Shown here piece by piece: positions 1-10,703 of a stretch of DNA of 64,000 nucleotides. Source of the stretch: Pelagomonas calceolata (lineage: Eukaryota); contig CAKKNE010000002.1 in the NCBI GenBank assembly GCA_918797485.1, positions 248,001 to 312,000 on the forward strand. The letters run 5' to 3'. How positions within the stretch are numbered: the stretch's first letter is position 1; the number at the start of each line of letters is the position of its first letter. Below the pieces are notes generated by a model, which was not told the DNA's origin, searched no databases, and saw only the letters and a program-made list of their open reading frames with translations. The position numbers and the translations under genes were made by a program.

Positions 1-969
1 GGCAGACGAAATGTTTGCCGGCGGGGGCGCGATGCTTTGCTGGAGCTCACCGCAGAGCTCAAAGGCGCGGTATGCCTGAGTTCCTGTGAGGAGGAAAAGA
101 GCTGTGTGCAGCATGGGGCTCATTTCGCGGCTGCCCGGTGCTTCTTATCGTGCTGCAGCAGTAATAATAGGACCATTTGCAATAGCCATACCGCAGTATA
201 CAAGTGTGGCGTAGGTACGTGCCATACTGCGGTATCAATTGCTGGGCCAAGTGTTTTTTATTCTTTTTGTTGCAACTTAAATATCTCTTAAATATTAAAT
301 AACAATCTCGTAAGGGCCGGGCTAGGGTAAGAGCTTGGAGGGGGGGTTTGCTCGAGCTTGCGGCTCGCTGCGCAGCCCCATCGAATTCCAAACTCACGGG
401 CATTTGTTACGTATAGCAAATGTACACGAGCTAAGGATAGAAAAAGAAACGGGCTGCTACCTAGACTACCTCTACGCAATATGTGCATGACGCGTGCCCG
501 CGACGCTCATCAGTAATATTAAACAACAGAGTGCCCATCACACTTTCCAGCGCGGTCGCGGATTCGATCGGTCCTCCGCGGCCAGCCGCCGCCCCTCGCC
601 GCGGGTCACGCGGCGTCTGGGTACCGTCGGGGCGGTCGACGTGGCCGCGGCGCCTTCGCGTGCCGGCGCGCCGCCCGTTGGATAATGCGTCGTTCCAAAT
701 GTTCTCCAATGATTTCAAGCGCACGCCGGAGGCACAGCAGCTGCTGGACGCGGTCGGCGAGCAGGCCCTCCACGGGCGCACGGTGCAAGATGCTCTACGA
801 AGGAACATGAGTGGCGCTGTCGCCGAGAATGACCCGCCGCGGTCAGTCGAACCGAACGAGCAGGGCTTATCCCGGCGACGGCTCCCGCGCCCGCGGAAGC
901 CCCGGTCCGTCCATCGCGAGAAAAAAGGGACTTTAGGGGGCGGTGTTGTTCTGTGACGGTTGCACGCGT

Positions 970-1125
970 GTAAATAAATTAATTAATTAATTAATTAATT
1001 AACTTTAATTTATTTTTATTTAAAATAAAATAAATAATTAATCAAGGAAGGAATATCCTAAAGAAAAGGACATACACCAAGTATTTATTTATTTATTTAA
1101 GTATGCCAGTGTATTTATGTTTCTT
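970..1125. repeat. AT-rich low-complexity tract with (AATT)n and (TTTA)n runs
   Basis: aattaattaattaattaatt and tatttatttatttattta directly visible within otherwise ~70% GC DNA, 3' of the SGNH gene. Confidence 0.8.
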
Positions 1126-1127
1126 TA

Positions 1128-2537
1128 CTAGCACGTCAGGAGCGTGTAGAGCTTGAAGCGGCTGCTGGGCGGGCCCTTGAGGACAAACGTGACGTTGTGA
1201 AAGCCCGCCCTAAACCCGGGGACGTAGTGCCGGTTCGTCAATTTTTTTGACCTGCCGTGCCCGACGTTGATGTTCTTGGACGTGCCAAGCGCGAGGTAGT
1301 TTGTAACCCTCTGCGACGACTGGTCCTCCCAGTGCGAGCCGAGGTCGAGGAGGGGCCTCTTCCCGTCGATGATTATGCTCACTCGTCCGTCCCACGCGTA
1401 GCTCCGCAGGAACTCGAACGCGAGGAAACCCAGCCCAGAGAACTCGAGGCGGAATGAGATCCGGTCCGCCGACGACGAGCCTTCCTTGCCCTTGACGCCG
1501 AGCCACCCAAACTTGTCGGCCCGGTCGCCGGCGTCCGCGGCGGTGAATCTCCACGACGCACCCACAGCGGCCGGGGCGCCCAGCATTGCCTCCGCGCCGG
1601 CGGGCGTGGTGCCCGGCGGCGCTGAAGTGAGGAACGCGAGGGGCATGCCGCATGTCGGAAACATGGCGCGCTGGTCCGCTGGGAATAGCAGTTTCGGGAG
1701 AGGCGGCGGAGCCGCGGAGATCTCGTTGCAGTCGCCAGGACGCGTTGATAGGATCGCGTAGATCAGATCGCCGAGCGCCGTGTGGACCGTCGCGGGTGGA
1801 TGGCTCATCATTTTGGTATTGGTCCACCGGATCCGCTGCGAGTAGCTTGCCGTGACGGGGAGAGCACGGATCGCATCTCTATAGGAGATGACATCCAAGT
1901 CGTAGCCGGTCGCGACGGCCCGGTGCGCGCCGACAGGAGCACGGCCCTCGATGACGACGATGACCGGGGGACGGTCCATCGACAGGATCTCGCGGATGAA
2001 GACCTCCGTTGCCGCCCCTCGGAGGTCTCGGAAATTACCCTGGTGGTAGACGGCCTTGTGCGCATCCGCATCGTTGATGCCGTAGTCGAACAGCACCACG
2101 GACGCGTTCGGCGCGAGCGCGGCAAGCCGAGGCACGATTTGGGCGGTCACACAGCCGGTGCAGGTCGCTGAGATGGCGAGGTTGTGGACAACAACGCGCT
2201 GAGTACCGTTCCCGGCGGCGGTCGCCGCGCGCCGCGCAACGCGCAGCGGCCACGGGCAGTCGAGCCCCGCGCCGCCGGCCGCAGCCTTCTCATTGCAGAG
2301 GACGCCATAGGTCATGGACCCGCCGACGACGGCGACGTCCAGGGGCGCGGCGCTGCACCGGACCCGGTCCAGGCGCCGCGCCGCCGACTTGCGGACACGC
2401 GCAGCTTCCGCGCCGGCGCCGCTCGCGAATGCTTCCCACGCGGCACCGAGCGGTTCCAAGTCGGCCCAAGGCCGGGAGTTTCCCCCATCCGTGCAGGTGC
2501 AAGTACACAAAAGATACACGAGGCAGATCCGAGCCAT
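1128..2537 (-). CDS. Secreted SGNH/GDSL-hydrolase-like protein
   Basis: 469-aa ORF with a signal-peptide-like N-terminus, block I VVGGSMTYG, block III DYGIND and a His motif MMSHP. Confidence 0.7.
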   Translation of the reverse strand: MARICLVYLLCTCTCTDGGNSRPWADLEPLGAAWEAFASGAGAEAARVRKSAARRLDRVRCSAAPLDVAVVGGSMTYGVLCNEKAAAGGAGLDCPWPLRVARRAATAAGNGTQRVVVHNLAISATCTGCVTAQIVPRLAALAPNASVVLFDYGINDADAHKAVYHQGNFRDLRGAATEVFIREILSMDRPPVIVVIEGRAPVGAHRAVATGYDLDVISYRDAIRALPVTASYSQRIRWTNTKMMSHPPATVHTALGDLIYAILSTRPGDCNEISAAPPPLPKLLFPADQRAMFPTCGMPLAFLTSAPPGTTPAGAEAMLGAPAAVGASWRFTAADAGDRADKFGWLGVKGKEGSSSADRISFRLEFSGLGFLAFEFLRSYAWDGRVSIIIDGKRPLLDLGSHWEDQSSQRVTNYLALGTSKNINVGHGRSKKLTNRHYVPGFRAGFHNVTFVLKGPPSSRFKLYTLLTC

Positions 2538-2563
2538 CTAGCAAGCCTCGGGTGTGCTGTCGA

Positions 2564-2624
2564 GGCTGCCCGTGGCCCGTGGCAGCGCCAGGCTGCCCAT
2601 GGCCCGTGGCAGCGCCCGGCTGCC
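2564..2624. repeat. 27-bp tandem repeat, 2.3 copies
   Basis: ggctgcccgtggcccgtggcagcgcca / ggctgcccatggcccgtggcagcgccc / ggctgcc. Confidence 0.85.
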
Positions 2625-3009
2625 AACGACGAGCGCGAGGGTGAGCACGGTGCAAATTTGCATTTATGCGTACAGTATTGGAGACATAGATTGGTTTGGT
2701 TTGCCTGGACTAAACTTTAGAAAAGACCAGGAGGCGCCCCGCACGATGGTACTAGACAACATGACACATTGGCGCGGCGGACCACCTCTCGGACCGACCG
2801 ACCTCTCCAGTAGGGGGGTTACGGTCCTAGTAGGGGGGTCTTAGTAGGGGGGTAGGGTGAGGGGCCGGCGGCCGCGGCCTGCCAAAACCGCTATCTCAGA
2901 GAACTCGAGTTTTAAAAAATACACCTCAATGCAAAGCGGGATTTTTGAACTTGAAGTCAAAGTTGCACTTCAGTTTTACTAATGGACCGCATGCGGTACA
3001 TTAGTCCCG

Positions 3010-3051
3010 GGAGCGCAGAATAACATATCCCGACTGGATATGTTGCGCTCC
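3010..3051 (-). other. 3'-flank stem-loop (copy 1 of a shared hairpin)
   Basis: ggagcgc-(agaat bulge)-aacatatcc-cgact-ggatatgtt-gcgctcc; shares ATAACATATCCCG with 16043-16055. Confidence 0.55.
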
Positions 3052-3099
3052 AGACTTCCAAGGGCGACACTGCAACGAACTAGGAAACAGTAACACCAA

Positions 3100-4971
3100 C
3101 TAACTCAGAGCGCCACCGCTCAGGCCCGCGAGGACCTCGTCGAGGCCGTCGAGGCCGTCGTCGTCGTCGTCGTCGCTTTTGCTGGGATGTGGAGGGACAG
3201 CAGCGGTCGGCGGGTCGTCGAGGAAGGGCAGGCCCGGCCGGAGGGCGGCGAAAGCGGCGGCGGCGGCAGCGAGGTCGGCGGCGACGTCGAGGCCCGGCGC
3301 GCCGCGGTCGAGCACGGCGACGCCGACGACGCCGGCGAGCGCCGTCGGGCCGGTGGCGAGGGGCCAGGACGCCTCGAGGGCCCAAAGCTCGCCGACGCCC
3401 CGCGGCGCGCGCAACGCGGCCGACGCGCGCGCGAGCGCGGCGCGCCCCGCGGCGGGCGCGGCGTCGGTCGTCGCGAGGTGGAGCACCGCGAGCCGCGAGC
3501 CCTCGGGCGCCGCGCGCGCGGCCGCGTCGAGGCAGAGGCCGCGGACGGCGCTCGCGCCGGCGCGGCCCGCGTCGGGCGCGGCGACGACGGCGGCGCGCGC
3601 CGCGCCGGCCGCGAGCGCGCCGTCGACGACGGCGACGCGGCGCGTGACCCAGCGCGCCGGCGGCCGGACTCGCGCGGCCGCGTCGGGCCCGAGCACGCAG
3701 CGCGCACAGCGGACGAGCTGCGCGGCGCGGCCGCGGCGCGCGAAGAGCGCGCCGACGACGGCGCGGCGGCCGCCGGCGCCGGTCGCGGCGACGACGAGCG
3801 CGCGCGGCGCGCGGCCGAGCGCGTAGACGCCGCCGCGGACGGCGCACGCACGGCAGAGCGCCTCGGCGAGGCCCGCCGCGCCGTAGACGGGCGCGAGGAA
3901 CGCCGTGGCGCCCTCGGGCGCGCGCGCGAGCGCGCGGCAGTGCGCGCCGAGCGCGTCGAGGCCCGCGCCGCGCGGCACGTCCGCCGAGTCCGCGAGCGCG
4001 ACGGCGTACGCGACCGCGCGCGCGAGCGGCGGCGCGAGGCCGTCGTCGGCCGCGAGCGACGCCGCGAACGGCGCGGCGTCGTCGCCGGCGCGCGCCGCGC
4101 GCGACCGGTTCTGCGGCCGCCGGAGCGCGCGGCTCGCCGTCAGCGCGCGCTCGTTGAGCGTCGCGGCGGCGGCACCCTCGCCGCGGTCCTGCGCGGCCTG
4201 CATCACCCGCAGGAGCCGGCGCTTGTCGGCCGCGGCCACGTCCGGCGCCGCGAAGACGTCGCGTTTCGAGCACGGCACCGTCGTGGGCGCCGCGGCGCCG
4301 CCGTCCCAGTAGAGAAGCCGGGGGATGGGGAGGAAGTCGAGGTACGGTGCGACGCCCGCGCGCACGAGCGCGTCGACAGCGTCGCCCGCCGCGAGCAACG
4401 CGCGCGCGTCGAGGTCTATGTTGAAGCGCGCCGCGCCCGCGACCATGGCGCGCGCGGGCGCGAGAGCGCCGGCCGCCGCCGCCGCCGCGACGACGTCGCG
4501 CACGACGGCCGCCGCCGCCGCCGCCGCCGCGTCGGTGGTGGTGTTGGCGTCGACGCCGGCGCCGTGCGCGGCGCTGGGACCGGCGTCGGCGCCATCCGCC
4601 GCCGCCGCCGCGAGCGACGCCGCCGTCGGTAGCGGCGGCGCCGCGTGCACGACGGCGGCGTCGCGCGTCGCGAGCGGCACGACCGCGACGTCTGAGAAGC
4701 CCTCGGCGGCGAGCGCCGCGCGGTCCGCCGCGGTGAGTTGAACGCCCACCTCTTCGTCCGCGCGGGACTCCGCTCGCTCCGTTCGCTCCGCGGCCCAGGC
4801 TTGCAGCTTCCCGAGGCTGAACCCCGCGCCCGAGCCGCCGTAGTACGCGTTTCGATCGACGTGCAGCACGCGGTCGCCGGCGCGCGCCAGGGCGGCCGCC
4901 ACCGCGGCCTCGGCAAACGCCGTGCCCACGACGAGCGCGTCGACGGGCGACGGCAGGTCCTCTTCGGTCAT
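3100..4971 (-). CDS. REP: Rab escort protein (REP/CHM, GDI family)
   Basis: DALVVGTAFAEAAVAAALARAGDRVLHVDRNAYYGG, RFNIDL, VPCSKRDVF, FLAPVYGAAGLAEALCRACAVRGGVYAL motifs and the long REP-type insert. Confidence 0.9.
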   Translation of the reverse strand: MTEEDLPSPVDALVVGTAFAEAAVAAALARAGDRVLHVDRNAYYGGSGAGFSLGKLQAWAAERTERAESRADEEVGVQLTAADRAALAAEGFSDVAVVPLATRDAAVVHAAPPLPTAASLAAAAADGADAGPSAAHGAGVDANTTTDAAAAAAAAVVRDVVAAAAAAGALAPARAMVAGAARFNIDLDARALLAAGDAVDALVRAGVAPYLDFLPIPRLLYWDGGAAAPTTVPCSKRDVFAAPDVAAADKRRLLRVMQAAQDRGEGAAAATLNERALTASRALRRPQNRSRAARAGDDAAPFAASLAADDGLAPPLARAVAYAVALADSADVPRGAGLDALGAHCRALARAPEGATAFLAPVYGAAGLAEALCRACAVRGGVYALGRAPRALVVAATGAGGRRAVVGALFARRGRAAQLVRCARCVLGPDAAARVRPPARWVTRRVAVVDGALAAGAARAAVVAAPDAGRAGASAVRGLCLDAAARAAPEGSRLAVLHLATTDAAPAAGRAALARASAALRAPRGVGELWALEASWPLATGPTALAGVVGVAVLDRGAPGLDVAADLAAAAAAFAALRPGLPFLDDPPTAAVPPHPSKSDDDDDDGLDGLDEVLAGLSGGALS

Positions 4972-5055
4972 CTCAGATATATAGCTACCAGTGCATTTCT
5001 ATTCACACTACCGTACCTACAGCGACCTATACGCGGGAGCAGCAGAGAGAGCAAG

Positions 5056-5077
5056 CTAGTGTGTTACAGGCCGCTAG
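5056..5077. promoter_or_regulatory. CTAG-bounded upstream motif, copy 1
   Basis: CTAGTGTGTTACAGGCCGCTAG, 85-106 nt upstream of the REP ATG; near-identical copies precede other genes. Confidence 0.6.
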
Positions 5078-5388
5078 CCTCGACTACCGGGGCACAATGA
5101 AGAGCACTAAGGCTGGGGAGTCTAAGACAAAGCTAAAGATAAATCACTGGCGATCGAGCCCCGGGCCTCCTGAGCTCGCGGGTTTCTACGTCGACAGCGT
5201 TTGGGCACAATAAGCTTCTCTCTCTCTCTCTCTCCATTATTAATTTTGGACTTTGACGACGGGCGACACCCGGTACCCCACGTCCCACCATCTCTCTCCG
5301 TCTGCACATGCACCACATGCCTAGAGTACAACTCGACGCATCCTCGTGAACCTCCCCACTGCTTGCAGCTTGAAGGTCCGGTCGTTTG

Positions 5389-6782
5389 TTACCCAGCTCT
5401 CAAACCAGAAGCCAACCAGGCGAGCCACGCGTCGACGGCGTAGTCCGGCACGCCGGGCTGGGCGAAGTGCACGTCGTGCGCGGCGCATTTCTGAGGCGTG
5501 GCGCGCGGATAGTCGCGCGTGGGGGGCGCCAGGTTCTTCCGCCGGAACGCGTTCTTGAGCTGAGAAACGAGCGCGTCTTGGTAGACGCCGTCGACGGATT
5601 CCACGTGCAGCCCCTGGATCTGCTCCGCGCGGAGGAGCGCGGAGGACTTGAGGGCTTCGCTCTTCGACCGGTACGTCAACAGGATGTCCACGTTCTTCAG
5701 GGCTATCCCACAGGGCGCCTTCAGGCCCTGATCGCTTATTTTCCCAAATTGATATTTGTAGCACACTCGCAGACCTGGATCCCCTGGAAATTCGTAGATG
5801 CCGCCGTCCGCGGTGCCTGTGTTGAACGGTGAGTCATCTGGCTCACGGGTTGATTTCCACACAGCGCGGTACAGGTGAGCGGCCGTTGCACGGGCGGTGG
5901 TTGTTTATTGTGGGTCGGAGAGGGGTACCAGTTCGCCACGTCGTGTCGAACAAAGCCGGTGCACACCGCCGGTCGCGTCGCGTTGGGTTCGGATCGCACC
6001 GTATGTATCGGACGCCACTGGGGCTCCTCTTGCGCTGTTTTGATGCGCGTGCGGACCTTCGACGCGCCGCCGTCCAGGTACCGCGCGGCCTTGCAGCCCA
6101 GGGAGATGAAGGGCTGGCCCATGTACGACAAACCAAGCAAGACGAGCGTGAGCTTCCTGCCGGACCGCGGTCGCCTGTTCGTGAGGCGGAGGTAGCTCGC
6201 TGCGGCGAGCGCGGGGTCGCGCGTATCCGGCAAGGAGCACTTGCCCTGGGCGGCGTCTCGCACGGTCCAGTGCCAGGCCCAGACCGGCGGTGCGCCAGCG
6301 GCGCGGCCAACTCCCGCCGTCTTCGGTTCGCAGCCGGGCGCGGTGTGGTACCGCGCGCGCAGGATCCAGCAGTCGTGCGCATACGGTACTACTGCGTCGT
6401 CGCCTCGGTACAAGTACACGCCGTCCTCCCGCAACGTTTTTTTCGTCACCGCGCAGACTTCGCGGCCCGGTCGGAGCAGCGGCGCGACCTCGTCGGCGCC
6501 GGGCGCCGTCTGCTTTGCCCGCAGGAGTCGGGCGACCTCGTTTGCGGCGCGCGCGCCGAGCGTCGAGCCGGCGCGCTCTTCGTTCGCGACGAACAGCACC
6601 GCTTCATCAATGGCTTCCCGGCCCGCGGACGCCTTGCTTAGATTATACGCGTGCTCGATGGCGACGAGCGACGGCCGGCGCTGCCTACGGACGTTCTGTC
6701 CTCCTTTGGTGGACCGCGCACCGCGGGTGTTCCGAGCTGCGGCGGCTGCGACGGCGCACGTGAGGAGGCATAGCATCCTCAT
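5389..6782 (-). CDS. Secreted TBL/PC-esterase-like protein, 2 exons (intron 5817-5872)
   Basis: Signal peptide; LLGLSYMGQ (GDS-like) and DVHFAQPGVPD (resembles TBL DxxHWCLPGVPD). Splicing joins the two ORFs as RPLT-C-TADGG. Confidence 0.65.
5817..5872 (-). mobile_element. Introner intron (short, 56 nt)
   Basis: Element 5817-5864 (CTGTGTGGAAATCAA...CAACACAG on minus); TSD GTACCGCG/GCACCGCG; GT-AG; restores frame. Confidence 0.9.
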
Positions 6783-7003
6783 GCTACCGGCGCCTCACGG
6801 CTCGTTCCCACAGGTCACACGTCCACGGCATCGTCGTGTGCAGCGCTCGGCCCTACTCCAGACCCAGGCGCAGAGCTCGACTTGCTTTGTACACGGCACA
6901 GCGCGGTAGCCACAGCGCGGGGCAGCACCTGGTCGGCAGATGGTCGGCCGAGAATTGGCACCTGAGGTCACGCACGGTCGTGCGCGGGGAGCGCTACGCG
7001 CCG

Positions 7004-8684
7004 ATGCTGGGCCTGCGGCTATGCGCTGTCGTCGCGGTGCTCGCCGTCGTGGCCTCGTCGGCCGAGGGCGCTCGCAGCGCGCTGTGTTTGTCCCAGCGCG
7101 GCGCGTCGGCGCCTTCCGTGCTGGCCCAGGAAGCGCGGTTCAATCCGCCGAGTCGCTGCCGGGGATGGCCGCTCCTGCGGAAGCTCGAACACGGGGGCGA
7201 CGTCGTCGGCGTGGGGCCGCGCGTCACGGCGAATGGCACGGTGACCCTGGACGTAGTCGCGTGCGGCGCCAACGCCACCTGGCACCGGTCCCTGAGCGTC
7301 TTTCTCAGCGTCTACTCGGACCGCGTCCGCGATGCGGTGCTCGCGCGCGCGCCTCGCGGCGCGGGCGCGCTACGGCTGGCGTGGGCGGCAGTGCACAAAT
7401 CAAATTTCGCGGCGCTTCTCCGCCCACGGCTACATCATGACCTCCACGCCATCGACGCGACGCCTGTTCGACGGCGTGGCGGTGCCCGTTCCTCGGTGAC
7501 GCACTGGTTGATTCGCACACAGGTGGGCGGCGCCCGAGGCCGGCGAGTACACCTTCCTCCCGCGGCTGCACTTTTACGGCGACGACTGCGACGGCGCGCC
7601 TCCGGTCTACCTCGGCGGTTCCGAGCCGCGCTGCGCGCCGCGTCAAAAGTGCCGGACGCCGCGGCTCCAGGGCGCCTGCGACAAGCTCGCCATGGTGCCG
7701 CAGGCGGGGACGCGCGTCGCCGTCAATGACGTCCTCGCGCCGACGCGGCGTCCGGGGCGCCAGTGCCGCGACGGAGCGACGGCCGACGGCACGTGGGTCC
7801 GCTTCTCGCGCGACGGCCGCGGCGGGGCGGCGGGGGGGTACAGCGGGTCGCCGTGGTCGACGCTCGTCGAGCGGTCCGCCCACCGGCACGACCGAAAGAT
7901 GGCGCCGTGGCGCTTCTCGCGGCCGGACTGCGACTATCATTTCTTCGCCGCAAGCGAGGGCGCCGCGTGCCTTGACGATGTGTTCGTCGCCTACGTCGGC
8001 GACTCGCTCGTCCGCGGGCTCTACGCGACGACAGTGCGCCTCCTCGGCGGCGCGACCGACGACGACCGGATCAAGGCGGCCCAGGCGGCCACCGCGCAGA
8101 GGACCAGGGGCGGGGCTGGCTCCAATCCCGAGTCCCAGACGACCTTCACCGTCGGCGGAGCGCGGCTCGCCTACGCGAACATGTGGGCCGGATCGGAGCT
8201 CCCGAGCGTCCGGAGGGTCCTGGCCCAGGAGCTCAGGCGGCCGGGGCGGCCCTTCGCCCGCATCGTCGTCGTCGCCAACTGGGGCGCCGAGCACTCGGTC
8301 GCCGCCGCCTGCGACGCCGTCGAGGCCAAATTCGGCGAGCAGGCCCGGGCCGCGCTGCGCGCCGTCAGGCAGGTCGCCGGCGCCGGCCGGCCCCTGTCGC
8401 TCGTGCTCGCCACGCCGACGGCGCTCCTCGCGCGCCGCAACCCGGGCATGTCCACGACCAAGGCCCTCCAGCTCGCGTCCGTCCTCGAGCGCCAGGCGGC
8501 CGACGCCCGCGCGGCGGGCGTCGCGGATGCCAGGGTCCTCGATCTCTCGAACCTCACGCTGGCTCGCTTCGACGACGCGACGCTCGACGGCGTCCACTAC
8601 GGGCAGACCGCCGCAACTATGGGCGCGACCGTCCTCCTCAATATGCTCTGTCGCCGCCCGGAGCGTGAGCAGCAAAATGAATAA
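7004..8684 (+). CDS. Secreted PC-esterase/NXPE-like (GDS...DxxH) protein, 2 exons (intron 7381-7522)
   Basis: MLGLRLCAVV signal peptide; YVGDSLVR and DGVHY motifs. The spliced junction LRLA-WAAPEAGEY runs in frame into ORF 7692-8684. Confidence 0.75.
7381..7522 (+). mobile_element. Introner intron (142 nt)
   Basis: Perfect TSD GTGGGCGG (7381-7388 / 7523-7530); TIRs CAGTGCACAAATCAA / TTGATTCGCACACAG; GT-AG. Confidence 0.93.
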
Positions 8685-8810
8685 ATGAATAATTAGAAAT
8701 CGAGGACGGACTCGGAGGACACGAAATGGTCCACATCACTGCCGCTTTTCGCCCCCCCCCAGGCTACCTAAAAGACTAGATAATTAGAAAATGCACTGGC
8801 AAATCGTCGA

Positions 8811-9073
8811 CTAGGTTGCCACTTACCTGCTAATTGCCCGTTATTAACCTATAATTACCCCTCGGAGGGGATCCGGGGTTAATAACCCACTCAATAACCC
8901 GGTACCTTAAACGCCGCCAAAGCCTTCCTGACGACTCCCCCGGCGCCTAGCCAGTGGCCTATGGCCCACCCTCCCTACCCCTCTATAAGGTCGTGAGGTT
9001 AATACCCTGTAGTAACGGGTATTTACCCAGGCCGCGATTGGGGTTATAACCCCTCTAAGAAGTGGCAACCTAG
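8811..9073. mobile_element. MITE-like element with perfect 14-bp TIR
   Basis: CTAGGTTGCCACTT (8811-8824) and AAGTGGCAACCTAG (9060-9073); AT-richer interior with repeated GGGTTA(A)TAACCC-type palindromes. Confidence 0.7.
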
Positions 9074-9134
9074 CAAATCGAGCAAAGAAAAACGAGCCTA
9101 AGGATACTGGCACATAAAAATTACTTCACTTCCT

Positions 9135-10332
9135 TCACATCGTCCACGTCACCGGAAAGGCGTGGTCTGGGAGCGCGTTGCCCCCCGACGGGTCGCGGAA
9201 ACGGTGAGCGAGCGTCTCGTAGCCGTTCTCGGCGTCCCGGAATCGGGCGTCGGCGGGCACGAAGTGGATCCCGAGCCCTCGCCGCGGCTGCGTGCGCGAC
9301 CGATTCCTGCCGCTGCCGTGCCAGAGCCGCCCGTTGTGGATGCCGGCGCCGCCGGCGGGCACGTCGAGCCTCTCGACCACCAGCGACGCCTCCGGCGCGG
9401 CGATCCCCTCGCGGCCTGTGTGGAAATCAACCAGTGTGTCGGGTGCACCCGACAATTCTTCACTAAGTCATTTCTCGGCGATGACGCGGCTGTCCTGGCT
9501 CGGTCGAGCGGCGAGGAACCGGCATCGCCACGCCATCGAGCAGGCGTCGCGTCGAACGCGCCGTAAAATTTTGATTTCCACACAGCTCGCGGCGCGCCGC
9601 GTCGTACAGCAGCGCCGTCGGGTCGCGGCTATCGAAGAACTGCTCGGCCGAGCCCACCCGGCCGTCGCCCCACGCGTGCGAACCCTCGACGTACTCCAGC
9701 CTGTGTGGAGCTGACATTTCAGGAGCCCCGCGCGCGTGTCCCCGTGAGCGCGTCTGCTCGACGGCGCGACGGCTGGCGAGGTCTCTCGAAAATATTCCCG
9801 GGATCGTCGAGTTCCACGCGGGCTCCTGCGGCCCCAGCTCCTCGGTCATGGCGTCGAGCGCGATCCAGACGGTCGCGACGGCGGCCGGCACGAAGTCAAA
9901 GTACGGCGAGTCGCGGTGGAAGGTGAGCGCGGCGGCGCCGGGCGGCTTGCCCCACGCCTGGTCGTTCGCGACCCGGGCCCCGCGCCACCCCATGACCTCC
10001 GCCACGGCCCGCCCGAGCGTGGGCGACCGCACGAGCGCGGCGAAGGCGGCGTCCGCCTTCCAGCAGTTGATCACCTGCAGCGTCCGGGACGACGGCCCGC
10101 CGAGGGGCGGCGGCTTCTTGCCAGGCTTCGTCCGCGTTTCCGTTCGAAACGCGGGCACCTTGTCCGGCGCGCCGCCCGGGACGTCGTACTCGCCGCGCAG
10201 CAGCTTCTCGAGCCGGGCGTTGAGCAGGTCGCAGTAGTCGCGACTTATGATGGGCGCGCGCAGCACAACAAAGCCCCGCCGGGCGAACTCGGCGCGGGAG
10301 AGTGGCGGCAGGGCGCGGACCGGGTCCTCCAT
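9135..10332 (-). CDS. Phytanoyl-CoA dioxygenase (PhyH) family 2OG-Fe(II) oxygenase, 3 exons
   Basis: KPPG..TFHRDSPY, TVWIALD, GPLEYVEGSH (after splicing), IHNGRLWHGSGRN..RRGLGIHF. Confidence 0.88.
9416..9593 (-). mobile_element. Introner intron (178 nt, GC-AG)
   Basis: Element 9416-9585 with perfect 15-bp TIR; perfect TSD CTCGCGGC (9408-9415 / 9586-9593); spliced DAAR-REGIAA. Confidence 0.95.
9701..9829 (-). mobile_element. Diverged introner intron (129 nt, GC-AG, in frame and stop-free)
   Basis: Ends CTGTGTGGAGCT / GAGTTCCACGCGG; TSD GCAGGAGC/GCTGGAGT; removal restores the PhyH motif ELGPLEYVEGSH. Confidence 0.85.
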
Positions 10333-10703
10333 GAGAGCACTACACGGCCGCGGAGTGTAGCATTGCCATTGCTATAGCTACGCCTATTATTACAGGTATG
10401 CACACCACACACAGGCTCGTTCATGCTTTTTGTGTCAAAACGGGTTTTCTAAGCTTCCGCTCTATTCATCCCTGGGCTCCGGGATGCGTCCAGGGAGACG
10501 TATGTTCGCAGGGAGGAACACAGGCCGTCCTGGGCGGCGATGGCGGCACAGCAGCACTCCTTGAAACTCTCTTGCCCAGCGGAGCCTGTGCGACACAACG
10601 CAGCTCATTCGCTCGAAAATAGACGACCGGCGTGAACCTCGCGAAGCCGCTGACCCGTAACTACCAGTTGAGGAAGTAGGGAGAAAGCTAGCGGAGCACA
10701 ACA

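Noticed and set aside
483..956. 157-aa ORF with a protein-like middle segment
   Set aside because: No recognisable motif, non-ATG start and weak codon bias; possibly a fragment but unsupported
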